From the NCBI GenBank assembly GCA_035477615.1, contig DATIKJ010000051.1:1009-65008 (forward strand): a stretch of DNA of 64,000 nt. The letters are read 5' to 3'. Positions 8,471-17,566 of this stretch are shown in pieces. Position 1 is the first letter of the stretch, and each line of letters begins with the position of its first letter. The notes below the pieces were generated by a model. The model saw nothing but the letters and a program-made list of their open reading frames with translations. It made no database searches and was not told the DNA's origin. Made by a program: the position numbers and the translations under genes. Source of the stretch: Spirochaetia bacterium (GTDB lineage Bacteria > Patescibacteriota > Microgenomatia > UBA1400 > MFAQ01).

Positions 8471-10276
8471 ATGACCAAGTTTTTTACCAACATCAAAGAA
8501 TTTTCCCAAACATACTCTTCCACAGTCAAAATCGCTTGGGAAACAGATCGTTCTGTTTTTCTCAAAATATCCCTTGCCAACGCCTTAAATGGTGCTCTTG
8601 TCTACCCAAGTCTTTTAATTGCCAAACTTCTCATAGACTCAGTCATGATCTCCATTACCACTCATGATATCTCCACTGGTATGAAAGGTATGATTATCGC
8701 CGCTATTTTGGGTCTTCTAGTTGACAGAGTACAACAAATACTTCAAGAAATTGATAATGTCTACAGCGGCCAACTTTCCAATCTAATTTCCGAAAAAATC
8801 CAAGTATCCATATCAAGAAAATTAAACTTATTACCTGTATCTACCGCCGAAGACCCAAACACCAGAAACATTCTCCAAAAGGTTATCGACAATGCTGGCC
8901 GTTCTGTCTGGTCACTTATTATTCCTATCTCCACCCTTCCCGAACTCCTTCTTACTATCATCTCTACCGCAATTCCAATTATTACCTTCCAACCTCTGAT
9001 TATCATTCCTAGTATTATTCTTGCTATTCCCAACATTATCATCGGTGTCGGTCATTCTAAAGCCCAACACGCTCTCTCCACCGAGTTCTCTCCCAAATGG
9101 CGTGTCTGGAGTGCTTTAGAAGACTTTGCCACAAAGGGGCGTTTCTTATATGAAAACAAAATTCTAAGTCATGTCGAGATTCTTCTCAGTCGCCGTTTCA
9201 AACTTGCCAAAGAAATATTCGGTCGTCGCCAAAAACTTGGTGCAAATTTTGCCAAAAAACGCCAAATTGCTTCTCTTCCTCTCTCTGTATTTGAAACCGG
9301 CACTAAACTCTATCTCTATTACTTAGCTATTACTCAGACACTTACTCTTGGTACCGCTCAAATAACAAGCAACGCCATCAACCAATTTATCTCAAGTATC
9401 AGTCGTCTAATAAGACAAGCCAACGACATCTTTCAAAACTATCTTTTCATTAATGACTATGAAACATTTATGGCTCTTCCAGAAGAAAACCAAACCAAAG
9501 GTATCCACTTCCCCGATAAAATCAATCAAGGCATTGAGTTTCAGCACGTCTATTTCAAATACCCCAAATCAAAAAACTGGATATTAAATGATGTCTCTTT
9601 CAAAATAGATCCCGCCGACAATCTTGCTATCGTTGGCCAAAACGGCGCTGGTAAAACTACCCTTATCAAACTTCTTTGTCGTTTTTACGAACCCCAAAAA
9701 GGAATAATCTTAATCAATGGTAAAAACATTAATGATTACAACATCAAAGAATACCGTTTTAAATTCTCTGCTCTTTTTCAAGACTTTGCCCAGTATCCTT
9801 TTTCTGTCGAAGATAATATTCGCTTTGGTGATATCTCTCAAAAAAGAAGTCTCCGTAAAATAAAACAAGCCGCCATGCTCACCGGCATCACCAACTTCAT
9901 AGAAATGCTTCCATTAAAATACCAGAATCCTCTAGATAAAGAATTTAAGGATGGCGTTGAACCATCAAAAGGTCTGTGGCAAAGAGTGGCATTAGCTCGC
10001 ATCCTTTACCGTCCTTCAGAATTTCTTATCCTCGATGAACCAACTTCCAACGTCGACCCTCAATCTGAAGAAGAAATTTTTGAACAAGTTCTAAAAATCG
10101 CCAAAGAAAAAATTATTTTCCTTGTATCTCATCGCTTCTCCACCGTAAGAAAAGCCGATAAAATCTTAGTTCTCGAACACGGCACCGTCGTCGAACACGG
10201 CACACACCATGAACTAATGGCCAAAAATGGTCGTTACAAAGAATTATTTGATATTCAAGCCGAGAGTTTCCGCTAG
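8471..10276 (+). CDS. ABC exporter, fused permease-ATPase, with degenerate signature motif
   Basis: 601 aa; N-terminal TMD, Walker A GQNGAGKTT, Walker B LILDEPTS, H-loop SHR; signature LSGGQ replaced by PSKGLWQ. Confidence 0.85.
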   Translation: MTKFFTNIKEFSQTYSSTVKIAWETDRSVFLKISLANALNGALVYPSLLIAKLLIDSVMISITTHDISTGMKGMIIAAILGLLVDRVQQILQEIDNVYSGQLSNLISEKIQVSISRKLNLLPVSTAEDPNTRNILQKVIDNAGRSVWSLIIPISTLPELLLTIISTAIPIITFQPLIIIPSIILAIPNIIIGVGHSKAQHALSTEFSPKWRVWSALEDFATKGRFLYENKILSHVEILLSRRFKLAKEIFGRRQKLGANFAKKRQIASLPLSVFETGTKLYLYYLAITQTLTLGTAQITSNAINQFISSISRLIRQANDIFQNYLFINDYETFMALPEENQTKGIHFPDKINQGIEFQHVYFKYPKSKNWILNDVSFKIDPADNLAIVGQNGAGKTTLIKLLCRFYEPQKGIILINGKNINDYNIKEYRFKFSALFQDFAQYPFSVEDNIRFGDISQKRSLRKIKQAAMLTGITNFIEMLPLKYQNPLDKEFKDGVEPSKGLWQRVALARILYRPSEFLILDEPTSNVDPQSEEEIFEQVLKIAKEKIIFLVSHRFSTVRKADKILVLEHGTVVEHGTHHELMAKNGRYKELFDIQAESFR

Positions 10277-10774
10277 CTCTTTAATTATCTCGTCAAATTC
10301 ATCGTCGAGTTCTTTTATCTCTTCCTTACTTAACTTAGATAATACATAGTCTGCCCCGGTTCCATAGCTAATCCCAGGTTCCCTGTTATCAATTCCAATT
10401 CGAACTCTCAAAAAATCTTTTCTTCCCAAATACTGTTCTACAGATTTCAAGCCATTATGAACTTTAGGACCTACTTCAGTCTGAATCTTATACTCACCAA
10501 AGGCAATGTCCAAGTCGTCATGTACTACTACTACCTGATCAATTACCATTTTATAAAATCCCATTATTTTCCGTACCGCCCTTCCTGACTCATTCATATA
10601 AGTACTCGGCTTTGCCAAAATCAACTCACCTCTTTTCAACACCTCAGCCTCTTGTTTCCGATCAAGCCCAAATTTTTCCTTCCCTGCAAGCTTATTAACA
10701 AACAAAAATCCTGCGTTATGTCGCGTTTTTTCGTAATCTTCACCTGAATTTCCCAGTCCAACAATTAAATACAT
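10244..10774 (-). CDS. pth: Peptidyl-tRNA hydrolase
   Basis: 176 aa; MYLIVGLGN..G..Y..TRHNAGF N-terminal signature. Confidence 0.9.
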   Translation of the reverse strand: MYLIVGLGNSGEDYEKTRHNAGFLFVNKLAGKEKFGLDRKQEAEVLKRGELILAKPSTYMNESGRAVRKIMGFYKMVIDQVVVVHDDLDIAFGEYKIQTEVGPKVHNGLKSVEQYLGRKDFLRVRIGIDNREPGISYGTGADYVLSKLSKEEIKELDDEFDEIIKELAETLGLNIK

Positions 10775-10793
10775 ACTATAATTCTATCAGTCT

Positions 10794-11660
10794 ATGAATA
10801 AAGAACCGTTTTTCTCCATTGTCATTCCTTGCCTAAACGAGGAAAAATCTCTGCCCTTGCTACTCAAAGACCTATCCAATCAAACTCTCCAAGACTTCGA
10901 AGTTGTTGTTATCGATGGCCACTCCAAAGACAAAACGGTTGAAAAAGCCAACTCCTTTAATAAAAAACTACCTTTTCTTTCCATTCACACAAGCAAAATC
11001 CGCAATGTTTCAGTTCAAAGAAACATGGGTGGAGAAAAAGCTCGTGGAAAATTTTTACTATTCAATGACGCCGACAACCGCCTCCCTAAACACTTTCTTG
11101 AAGGAGTTAAATACCACATAAGTGTCAAACCATCCGATATGTTTACCACCTGGTGCCTTCCCGACTCAAACCGTAGATCTGATAAAGTAATTGCAACCAA
11201 CCTTAACCTCCTTACCGAAACTGGTTTTCTTCTCGGAAATCCCGGAGCTCTTGGCGCTATGATTGGTTGTCGTCGAAAGATATTTGGCAAAATTGGTGGT
11301 TTTAATCCTGAAATTTCTTTTGCTGAAGATACTGAATTTATCAGACAAGGATATCGTAAGGGTTACTCTTTTTCTATCATTCATGAACCTCGCTATGTGT
11401 ATTCTTTAAGACGTTTTCGAAAAATTGGCACTCTTAAGCTTCTCCAAAAATATGCAGTTCTCCATCTAAAAATAATGACAGATCAAAAAATCGATCAAAA
11501 AAAAGAGTATCCCATGGGAGGCAGTTATCTCAAAAAAGCCAAAACTACTTCAGATTTCTTCAAAAATCTCCAGTCTGTCTTTATCAAAAAAGCCCCAAAA
11601 AAGAAAATATACGACCAACTCAAAGCCCTCCTTAGTCTAGAAGAAAGTAAGCCTAGTTAA
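10794..11660 (+). CDS. Family 2 glycosyltransferase
   Basis: 288 aa; FSIVIPCLNEE, DGHSKD, NDADN (DxD) motifs. Confidence 0.8.
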   Translation: MNKEPFFSIVIPCLNEEKSLPLLLKDLSNQTLQDFEVVVIDGHSKDKTVEKANSFNKKLPFLSIHTSKIRNVSVQRNMGGEKARGKFLLFNDADNRLPKHFLEGVKYHISVKPSDMFTTWCLPDSNRRSDKVIATNLNLLTETGFLLGNPGALGAMIGCRRKIFGKIGGFNPEISFAEDTEFIRQGYRKGYSFSIIHEPRYVYSLRRFRKIGTLKLLQKYAVLHLKIMTDQKIDQKKEYPMGGSYLKKAKTTSDFFKNLQSVFIKKAPKKKIYDQLKALLSLEESKPS

Positions 11661-12592
11661 GCAAACATAAACTGTAGCCCGATAAACATTAAATAAAAAC
11701 CAACCAATACAACTCCCTCCCATCTTTCCAGTTTTCGTTTTGACTTTGTAAAAAGCCAAAACAGACCTAAAATAATTACCAAAAACATTCCTGACAGACC
11801 TCGCTGCAATGACTCATGCATTACTATCGGAGTTATCAACGCTACCACTCCCAAAATCACTGTTGAGTTAATCACTACACTTCCCAGTAAATCAGGTAAA
11901 ACCAAACTCGCTCTATGCTTCTTACGAGAAAATGAAAGCAATAACAACTCTGGTAACGTAGTTCCGAAAGCAATCAGTATCAAACCCATCCAAAACCAAC
12001 TCACTCCCCACACTGCTGCAACTCCAACAGCAATTTGTACCAACTGCCAAGAACAAACAGACATAATAATTATCCCTAAAACTAACATAACTACCAAACC
12101 CCACCTTTCATGACTATTTATTTTCTTCTTTGATGATTTAATTACCATCTTTTCATTTGACAAATAGAAAGCATAAATAAAATACAACACTACCAAAATT
12201 CCACCTTCAATCCTCGAAATTACACCATCAAACAACATAGCAAACGGCATTAAAGAAATACCAACTGTCACCCACAAATCTCTTTTTAAATACTCTCCCA
12301 CAATCGGTATCACCGAAGCCAAAATCGCCAAACCTCCAATAATCAAACTCAAATTTGCCATACTGGCTCCCACTACCATCCCCAAAGCCATCTGTGGTTT
12401 TCCGTCCAAAGCTGCCGCAATTCCTACAAAAAGTTCTGGTAAGGCCAACGAAAAACCAACCAAAATCGAAATCACCCTATTTTTTTTGAATGGTAAATGA
12501 GAAACAAACCTTTCAAAAACATCCACCACCACTCCGGAAGACAAAACAATCAAAATCAAGAGTATCAATCCAACAAAAATATTCCAAACCAT
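11657..12592 (-). CDS. Ca2+/cation antiporter (CaCA/YrbG family)
   Basis: 311 aa; two alpha-repeats (LPELFVGIAA..., TTLPELLLL...GSVVINS). Confidence 0.75.
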   Translation of the reverse strand: MVWNIFVGLILLILIVLSSGVVVDVFERFVSHLPFKKNRVISILVGFSLALPELFVGIAAALDGKPQMALGMVVGASMANLSLIIGGLAILASVIPIVGEYLKRDLWVTVGISLMPFAMLFDGVISRIEGGILVVLYFIYAFYLSNEKMVIKSSKKKINSHERWGLVVMLVLGIIIMSVCSWQLVQIAVGVAAVWGVSWFWMGLILIAFGTTLPELLLLSFSRKKHRASLVLPDLLGSVVINSTVILGVVALITPIVMHESLQRGLSGMFLVIILGLFWLFTKSKRKLERWEGVVLVGFYLMFIGLQFMFA

Positions 12593-12658
12593 AATTTATT
12601 CTAACATCGATTAATTTTAAATAGTTTAAAAAGATAAATTAAGATATACTTCTTTCAT

Positions 12659-13303
12659 ATGGATCAAATTCTTCAAAGTATACTTGATATGGTCAAAACA
12701 CATGGCTCTCTTGCCATGTTAGTCGGTGGAATCACCGAACAAATAATTGTCCCCATCCCCTCACCAATTATCTCTATGTCTGGTGGAGCTTTTTTGATTT
12801 CCCCCAATAATCATTTTTTCCAATCTTTATTAGATATCATTCTCAAAGTTTCCCTTCCATACTCAATTGGAGCTGTACTAGGAACCAGTCTGATTTTCCT
12901 AATTGCCTTTTTTGGAGGACAACCAATAATTGACAAGTTTGGAAAATATGTCGGTATAAAATGGTCGCTTATAGAAAAAATTAAGGCAGATTTTAAAAAG
13001 ACCATATCAGACGAGTTATTTATTCTTATAGCAATTTCAATTCCTGTTGTTCCTGTTTCACTTATAACTGCTTTTTGTGGTGGTTTTCGAATAAAACCAA
13101 TTAAATTTTATCCTCTAGCTTTTTTAGCCCTAATAATTCGCTCTACCATACTAGGATTTCTTGGTTTCAAGATGGGAGAAGCTTTTACCGAGATAGCAAA
13201 CGGACTAGATAAAATTGAAAGTATCTTAACTGTCGTTATTGCTGTTCTGGTTCTTGGTTTCCTTTTTCTTCAAAGAGAAAAATGGCTCAAGAAGAACAGT
13301 TAG
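12659..13303 (+). CDS. DedA/VTT-domain-like membrane protein
   Basis: 214 aa, about 5 TM helices; VPIPSPI motif region resembling DedA/SNARE-associated family. Confidence 0.5.
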   Translation: MDQILQSILDMVKTHGSLAMLVGGITEQIIVPIPSPIISMSGGAFLISPNNHFFQSLLDIILKVSLPYSIGAVLGTSLIFLIAFFGGQPIIDKFGKYVGIKWSLIEKIKADFKKTISDELFILIAISIPVVPVSLITAFCGGFRIKPIKFYPLAFLALIIRSTILGFLGFKMGEAFTEIANGLDKIESILTVVIAVLVLGFLFLQREKWLKKNS

Positions 13304-15002
13304 ATATCTTCGCTATCTCTTCAACCTCTTTCCAGGTTGTCGATTGATCAGCTCTCTTATCCTCACGGAATCGAACTAGACGAGGAAAGCGCAAAGCTAT
13401 TCCCCCAGCATGTACATTACTAATAGTTATTTCATCTGCTGCCACTTCCACCACCACCCTAGGTTCTACCCAAACATCTGCCAAAAGTGTCCCTTCAACC
13501 AAATAATTTTTTGGTTTTTCTTTTAACTCTATCCCATCAAGTTTCTTTCTCAAACTCCTAAACTCATCATCAGTCAATCCTGTACCAATCTTAGCCAAAC
13601 TAACCCAAGACTCGCCTTTTTTTAGTCCCACCAAAAAAGCCCCAATTCCAAAACCAACTCTTTTTCCTCTTCCGTAGTAATATCCTAAAATCACCAAATC
13701 CAAAGTATCCGACAATTTACCCGATGTTCCCTCCACTTCTTTTATTTTTACCCAGTTCCATCCTTGTCTTCCTGGCAAATATCTACCATCCCACACTTTT
13801 AACACTGCTCCCTCAAAACCCTCACTCAAATATTTCTCATGTAATTTCTTTACCTCATCTGGATTACTAGTTCTCACAAACTCATCAACCACTATCGTCT
13901 CGTTAGACTTAACTACGTTTTCCAGTATTTCTCTTCTCTCAAAATATGGTTTATCTATCAAACTCTCACCATTTTTACTCAAAATATCAAACAGAAAAAA
14001 TCTCATCGGCACCAACTCCGCTGCATCGGCAATATTATGTTTTCGTTTTCGTGTCATTGTCATCTGAAAAGGTAACACTTTCCCTGTCTTTCTTTCATAC
14101 CCTGCCGCCTCACAATCCATGATCACTTCATCTGCTTCAATCCATTTACCCATTTCCATAAGCTCAGGAAACATCCAACTATTTTCTTCCAAATTTCTTG
14201 TATATGTTTTAATTTCATTCTTTAATCTATTAAAGTGAATCTGCAATCGTGTTCCGTCATACTTTCTCTCCACTGCCACATCCTTCATCTTATCTACAAT
14301 CTCTCCGTATTCATTTAGTCTCTGACATAAAGCCGGCACAACCGGCACCCCCACTTCCACCTTAATATCTCTCAAACCAGTCATCCCTTTTTCCTTAAAC
14401 ATTTTTGTTATCAGTCCCGGATCAGGATAAATCTGGAATACGGAGTCCAACTCTTTTCTCAAAGTCTTATTTCCGTTTTCTATCTGTGATAATGCATCAA
14501 AAACTGTCTTTGCAGAAAATCCCAAACGCAGTCTTCCAACAACCATTCTAGAAATATACTTTCTCTCTAAAGCACTCACTTCTAGTAAAATCTCTGATAA
14601 TTTGTTTACTTTTCTATCTTGACTTCCCAGACCCCCATCCTCAGCAATCAAAAGTAAATAATCATAGACCTCTATTAAACTATGATTTTCCCTCTTTTCA
14701 TTTTGAAAAGGTAGCTTTTCAAGCAATACTCCCAAATCTCCAATTTTTTTATAATCATTCATCACCTCTTCAGTTGATATTCCAGCACCTTGAGAAATTG
14801 CCCTAATAACCATCTTAACCGCCATTCCAAATTCCTTATTAGCAAAGTCAGGTCCTAGTTGTCCCAATACCAGATAGATTCCTTTATTTATTTCAGCTGT
14901 ATTCATTTTTTCGATCAGCTCCGCCAACACATCAGTAATGGCCAATCTCGAAGATATCTTTTCCAATTTTTCTAGATACTCGGCAAATTCCTTAAACAGC
15001 AT
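13287..15002 (-). CDS. ATP-dependent DNA ligase (archaeal/eukaryotic-type Lig)
   Basis: Motif I KYDGTRLQI, motif IV EGAVLK, motif V/VI WVKIK; N-terminal DNA-binding domain; start set at MLFKEF (15002); the ORF track extends to 15206 through a GC-rich structured region. Confidence 0.85.
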   Translation of the reverse strand: MLFKEFAEYLEKLEKISSRLAITDVLAELIEKMNTAEINKGIYLVLGQLGPDFANKEFGMAVKMVIRAISQGAGISTEEVMNDYKKIGDLGVLLEKLPFQNEKRENHSLIEVYDYLLLIAEDGGLGSQDRKVNKLSEILLEVSALERKYISRMVVGRLRLGFSAKTVFDALSQIENGNKTLRKELDSVFQIYPDPGLITKMFKEKGMTGLRDIKVEVGVPVVPALCQRLNEYGEIVDKMKDVAVERKYDGTRLQIHFNRLKNEIKTYTRNLEENSWMFPELMEMGKWIEADEVIMDCEAAGYERKTGKVLPFQMTMTRKRKHNIADAAELVPMRFFLFDILSKNGESLIDKPYFERREILENVVKSNETIVVDEFVRTSNPDEVKKLHEKYLSEGFEGAVLKVWDGRYLPGRQGWNWVKIKEVEGTSGKLSDTLDLVILGYYYGRGKRVGFGIGAFLVGLKKGESWVSLAKIGTGLTDDEFRSLRKKLDGIELKEKPKNYLVEGTLLADVWVEPRVVVEVAADEITISNVHAGGIALRFPRLVRFREDKRADQSTTWKEVEEIAKISNCSS

Positions 15003-15268
15003 ACTCACATTGTAACTCACACAAATCGGTATAAATACTTGATTCCAGAAATTAGATTTTTTCTCTTTCCGTTTGGCGTTTAGTATTTTTGACAATGAGT
15101 CGCAGTCCATCGTTTTCTTGACATTCAGGCTACTGCCCGCGACGCTACGCGATGAGCGGCTAGAGTCAAGAAAACAGGAATCGACGGTCACCGAAGGTGA
15201 CGTCACAAAATAATAAATGACAAAAGAGGAAAAGAGAAATAATCAATATCTTCCATAAAAGTACTACT

Positions 15269-16369
15269 TTATTTAAATCCCTTCACCCTCCCCAGCACAT
15301 ACACCGCTCCTTTTGTTTTTCCCTTCTTCCTTAGTAGTTTTTTTAAAATCAAATCTTTAATATCGCGCAAAATAGTATCATCAGAAACCATTGGCAGTAT
15401 TCCTCTAATCTCTTTAATTGTCATTTCCCCCTGAATTGTCATCTCTTCCATAATTGTAATTTCTCTTTCTGAAAGAGAAATTACTTTGCCCACTTCAGAC
15501 TTAAATACTGGTCGGTCACCAACTAAATTCATTATTTTTACTCTTGTCTTTTCTGCCGATTCCGATAAGGTTTTTGTAAAATACTCCAACCATCCAGTTA
15601 AATCTTCACTATCCACTGTCTGAGAAAATATTTCTCCAAATCTCGATTTATTTTTTAACAAATCTTCTTCAAAAGGCCACATCTCCTTCATTCCATAACC
15701 ATCGTTAGCCATAGTCAAACTTGAAAAAAATAAGCTTGCGCTCAGGTTATTTTCTTCAAAAGGTCTTATTCTCATAATCTCAAATAATACTATCCCCGCC
15801 TTAATCACTGAATGAATATCCGATTTTGAAACACTCTTAAACCATGAAAACAAATCTTCCATCTGATAACTCACCTCAATTGGTGCTGGAGACTTAATTT
15901 CTGGATATTCTAGACTGTCTTTTCCCCGATACTCCCCAAGAGAGTTTGAACACACAACTCGCTCACCTAAAAGAGAATTTATTGTCTTCAAATCTTTCTC
16001 TCCAAATATCTCTTGTTTAAACTTTTTGGTTAAATAGGCAGTTTGACTCACCAAACGATACGAATTCAGCCAGTTAATTGCTTTCTGAACATCTTTTTCT
16101 TTGGCTACTACTCCAATTCGAAGAGCTACCTGTGTTGGTTTATCGTCCCTTCCAGGATCATCTTTCACAATCTTCGATATATCATCAATATCAAGTTGAC
16201 AATCCAAATAGTGCAACACACTGTAAGCTCTTTTAGAAAGACACTCTAATTTAATTTTTGTCTCCCAATCAACTTGCAATGGCGCCAAATCAGCCACCAA
16301 TACCGCTTTTTCAAGCTCAATTAAGTTGTTTACTATTCTGTTAGAAAATATAAATTGAGGACTAAACAC
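15269..16369 (-). CDS. Fic-fold protein with degenerate active-site motif (pseudo-Fic) and C-terminal winged-helix
   Basis: 366 aa; IKAGIVLFEIMRIRPFEENNLSASLFFSSL aligns to Fic core (..AGI.HF.F..IHPFxDGNGRxxRLL) but HPFxDGNGR is RPFEENNLS; C-terminal wHTH-like segment (EMTIKEIRGILP...ILRDIKDL). Confidence 0.55.
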   Translation of the reverse strand: MFSPQFIFSNRIVNNLIELEKAVLVADLAPLQVDWETKIKLECLSKRAYSVLHYLDCQLDIDDISKIVKDDPGRDDKPTQVALRIGVVAKEKDVQKAINWLNSYRLVSQTAYLTKKFKQEIFGEKDLKTINSLLGERVVCSNSLGEYRGKDSLEYPEIKSPAPIEVSYQMEDLFSWFKSVSKSDIHSVIKAGIVLFEIMRIRPFEENNLSASLFFSSLTMANDGYGMKEMWPFEEDLLKNKSRFGEIFSQTVDSEDLTGWLEYFTKTLSESAEKTRVKIMNLVGDRPVFKSEVGKVISLSEREITIMEEMTIQGEMTIKEIRGILPMVSDDTILRDIKDLILKKLLRKKGKTKGAVYVLGRVKGFK

Positions 16370-16398
16370 ATCATTATTTTCGCATCATTTGCGGAAAA

Positions 16399-17280
16399 TC
16401 ACAACTTCTTCATCAAACTTCCATATATTTCAGGCACAATCTCTACCAAATCATCAGCATTAAACATAAAACCTCGAGTCTCTGCCAATCTCTCAGCTGC
16501 CTTTTTAATAAGTAAGGTGGCCGCACTCACCGAAAACAGTCGCTCATTTTTTGCCATCAACCCTACGGTTAATCCAGCAATTATGTCTCCTATTCCTCCT
16601 TTTACTAATCCGCTATTTCCTCCTTCAATCGACCAGGTTTCTTTTCCATCACTCGCTATCGATATCGTATCCTTAGTTAAAATTACTAACTCATACTTCT
16701 TCGCAAAATTATAGATTTGTTTGCATCTTTCTTCGATATCCTCTTTTAACTTTTCTCCAAACATCATCTCAAATTCTTTTCCGTTTGGCGTTACTACCGC
16801 ACCTTTTGGAATATCCGTCACCTCCACCACTTGCAAAGTTCCTCCGTCAATCACCCAATTTTTATCAGGATATTTTTCAAATAACTCCACACTCATTTTT
16901 CGTGTTTCGTTTCCTTCTGTATCACAAGCAAATCCTTGTTCTTTTGAATGACTTCTCATTAATCCTGGTCCGATAAGTATCGCGTCAGACTTAGCTACAT
17001 AGCTATCTAATTCATTTCTATCTACCCAAATAAAACTTGATAGTCCTGCCTTAATTTTTTCTGCCACCCCTTTATCTTCAATTGGGCTGGAAAAATAAGT
17101 CATACTTACCATTCTTGATGCCGCCTTCAACGCCAATATTGGTGCTCCATGAAACAATTTGCTTCCACCAATTATCGTAACCTGCCCCATCGAGTACTTA
17201 TCCCCAACATCTTTAAACGTTTTACTCTCGGCAAATTTTGTTTCATCAAATTTCTTCAATTCCATACACTGAGTATACAA
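16399..17280 (-). CDS. NAD(P)H-hydrate dehydratase (Nnr/YjeF C-terminal domain, carbohydrate-kinase fold)
   Basis: 293 aa; IIGGSKLFHGAPILA, GPGL, VIDGG, GGNSGLVKGGIGD motifs. Confidence 0.8.
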   Translation of the reverse strand: MYTQCMELKKFDETKFAESKTFKDVGDKYSMGQVTIIGGSKLFHGAPILALKAASRMVSMTYFSSPIEDKGVAEKIKAGLSSFIWVDRNELDSYVAKSDAILIGPGLMRSHSKEQGFACDTEGNETRKMSVELFEKYPDKNWVIDGGTLQVVEVTDIPKGAVVTPNGKEFEMMFGEKLKEDIEERCKQIYNFAKKYELVILTKDTISIASDGKETWSIEGGNSGLVKGGIGDIIAGLTVGLMAKNERLFSVSAATLLIKKAAERLAETRGFMFNADDLVEIVPEIYGSLMKKL

Positions 17281-17296
17281 GTGATAAACTCAAATT

Positions 17297-17566
17297 ATGA
17301 AGAAACTTAAGAAAAAGCCAGTTAGTAAACTCTCCCAAGAAATTGCCATTCAAACTCTTACACTTGTTTCTTCTGCCCTCGGTCTTGTAGCAGCTCTAGC
17401 CTGGAACGAAGCCATCACTGAATACATCAATATTTACATCAAACCACACCTTGCCAAAGGCTCAGGAGTTATCTCTCTTTTTATCTATGCCATCTTTATT
17501 ACTGCTATTACCGTAATGGTTGCCCTCCAAATGGCTAAGATTAAAAAGAGGTTGGGACCTAAGTAA
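17297..17566 (+). CDS. Small membrane protein (2 TM), unknown
   Basis: 89 aa, Lys-rich N-terminus and two hydrophobic helices; fits intergenic gap exactly. Confidence 0.45.
   Translation: MKKLKKKPVSKLSQEIAIQTLTLVSSALGLVAALAWNEAITEYINIYIKPHLAKGSGVISLFIYAIFITAITVMVALQMAKIKKRLGPK

Noticed and set aside
8461-8667. 68-aa ORF overlapping the 5' end of the ABC transporter gene
   Set aside because: It is an alternative frame of the same region; the 601-aa frame carries all ABC motifs.
13287-15206. Full-length 639-aa ligase ORF starting at 15206
   Set aside because: The extra 68 N-terminal codons are Ser-rich, coincide with a GC-rich palindromic or structured segment, and precede the conserved ligase DNA-binding domain. 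The start at MLFKEF (15002) is preferred, though the long open frame is noted as a finding.
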